A stretch of DNA of 64,000 bases from Dehalococcoidia bacterium (GTDB lineage: Bacteria; Chloroflexota; Dehalococcoidia; Bin125): NCBI GenBank assembly GCA_963555985.3, contig OY820591.1, positions 992,001 to 1,056,000 on the forward strand, read 5' to 3'. The notes below the pieces were generated by a model. The model worked only from the letters and a program-made list of their open reading frames with translations. It had not been told where the DNA came from and did not search any database. The translations under genes were made by a program, and so were the position numbers. The first letter of the stretch is position 1. Each line of letters starts with the position of its first letter. Below are positions 62,664-64,000 of the stretch, one piece after another.

Positions 62664-63051
62664 GCCAGGCCGCCGGGCGGTCGCGGTCTTCGACTTGATC
62701 GGGGATCGAGGAAAGTCCGGGCTCCACGGGACAGGGCGCTGGGTAACTCCCAGGCAGCGCGAGCTGACGGAAAGCGCACAGAAACACACCGCCTACCCGT
62801 TCGACCACGCGCTTCCCTTGTGGCGGACGGCGGTAAGGGTGAGATGGTGCGGTAAGAGCGCACCAGCGGTCGGGCGACCGGCCGGCTGAGCAAGCCCCGC
62901 CCGGAGCAAGACCAAATAGAGAGGCCACGGCGTGTCCCGCGCCGCCTCCGGGTAGGTCGCAAGAGGCGGCGGGCAACCGCCGCCCCAGATGGATGATCGC
63001 CGCCCGATGCACAACCATCGGGAACAGAACCCGGCTTACAGGCGGCCTGGC
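62664..63051 (+). ncRNA. rnpB: RNase P RNA (type A)
   Basis: P4 motifs GAGGAAAGTCCGGGCTC (62708) and AACAGAACCCGGCTTA (63023); P1 GCCAGGCCGCC...GGCGGCCTGGC; -10 TACAGT at 62651-62656. Confidence 0.96.
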
Positions 63052-63078
63052 AATTCCGACTCCTAAGGACGGGCGGCG

Positions 63079-63999
63079 TTAGCCGCCTACCTCGATCGCA
63101 GAGCTTTGCAACCAACCGGTTGCACCGCTGCGCGCCGAGATATAGCGCGAGGTTGGCAGAATCCGTTCGCCGTCTGTTGGCCTGAAGGCAAACTCCGTTC
63201 TGCCGTCGGGCAGCAGACGCGCCTCGATCCGGCCGATTTCGACTCCCTCGACAACTATGGCGCTGGAAGCGAACCAGAACTGCCTTGACGGAGTGGCGGG
63301 GACGTACCGAACGCGAGGCATGATCCGCTCTCCGCCATTGATCTGAACGGCGAATTCGGTGCGACCGTCTCTCAGCCGACGCGCCACAATCCGCAAACTG
63401 ACCGCGTCGGCTTCCATCGCAGTGATGGTTTGCACAGTGATGGTTTGAGCCAGGCGCAGCCCCGCTGGTGGTTGCGTGGCGTCAGGACCGTTGTATCCCC
63501 AACATTCGACCGTACCAGCGATCGTCACACCGCAGCTATGGGAGTCGCCTGCGCTGACCTGAACGAAGACGCCGCTAGGCGGTGAGGCTTCTCCGTACTG
63601 GTTATCTCCCCAGCACACAATCTGGCCGTTGGTTTTCACGCCACAGTTGTGAGAGACGCCTGCACTGACTTGGACGAAGTCTCCGCTCGGCGGGCTCGCC
63701 CGACCGTAGGAATCTACCCCCCAACACTCGACCTCACCGTTGCTTGTCACACCGCAACCGTGTGTGCCGTCGATAAGCAAAGGACTCCCCGCGGCCCGCT
63801 GAGACCCACCCGCGCTTACTTGAAGGAAGTGCTCTGCCCGACCGGTTGGGAGGCCGTTAAGCAGGCCCCAACAGTGAGCAACGCCTGACCTCGTCACGCC
63901 GCAGCTATGGGCGGGGCCTGCACTAACCTGTGCAAAGCGTTCTGCTGGTGGATTGCTCCAAGACACTCCCCAGCACTGAACTTCGTCTGTGCTCGTAAG
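63079..63999 (-). CDS. RCC1-like repeat protein with two C-terminal copies of a ~50-aa module; 5' end truncated by the window edge
   Basis: Repeats of F.QVSAG..H.CGV...G...CWG......PP. The frame stays open to the window edge (LTSTDEVQCWG). Confidence 0.85.
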   Translation of the reverse strand, partial: LTSTDEVQCWGVSWSNPPAERFAQVSAGPAHSCGVTRSGVAHCWGLLNGLPTGRAEHFLQVSAGGSQRAAGSPLLIDGTHGCGVTSNGEVECWGVDSYGRASPPSGDFVQVSAGVSHNCGVKTNGQIVCWGDNQYGEASPPSGVFVQVSAGDSHSCGVTIAGTVECWGYNGPDATQPPAGLRLAQTITVQTITAMEADAVSLRIVARRLRDGRTEFAVQINGGERIMPRVRYVPATPSRQFWFASSAIVVEGVEIGRIEARLLPDGRTEFAFRPTDGERILPTSRYISARSGATGWLQSSAIEVGG

Positions 64000-64000
64000 C

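Overview
This is a GC-rich bacterial chromosome segment of mostly housekeeping genes. Gene content and protein style suggest Chloroflexota, Dehalococcoidia-like and possibly a host-associated lineage; this is inference, not a database result. In order, the window holds: a fused type IIG-like restriction-modification gene running off the left edge (absent from the ORF track), a stand-alone tRNA-Ala plus 5S rRNA pair, rpsA, clpC, an HTH protein, an orphan sugar-binding protein, mreBCD-mrdA-rodA, ligA, hisHAFI, rplU-rpmA-rpmE, ftsH, rnhB-yraN, two FmdB-type zinc-ribbon genes, a membrane pyrophosphatase, a Uma2 nuclease, glycyl-tRNA synthetase, ferredoxin, uvrA, polA, mutM, SDR/nitrilase/S58 peptidase/surE, yebC-ruvC-ruvA, uvrB, an adenylate cyclase, ftsK, rnj, UDG, tatC/tatA-B, acpP-nusB-fabD-rpmF-yceD, a Zn-ribbon coiled-coil protein, a serine-recombinase-like gene, RNase HI, RNase P RNA, and an RCC1-repeat protein running off the right edge. 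Four signals stand out. (1) A ~50-aa module I do not recognise (R..R.L.DGR.E.A...GER..P..R....W..SS.I) is shared by two unrelated, probably exported proteins and is a candidate cell-surface anchoring domain. (2) An apparently catalytically dead large serine recombinase sits inside a housekeeping locus. (3) A dispersed cassette recurs four times: a REP-like palindrome, a promoter with a LexA-like box, then 10-bp-phased repeats or an HTH gene. (4) A set of nested, co-oriented REP-like palindromes is present, with one copy translated inside ftsK and one resembling RNase P helix P3.
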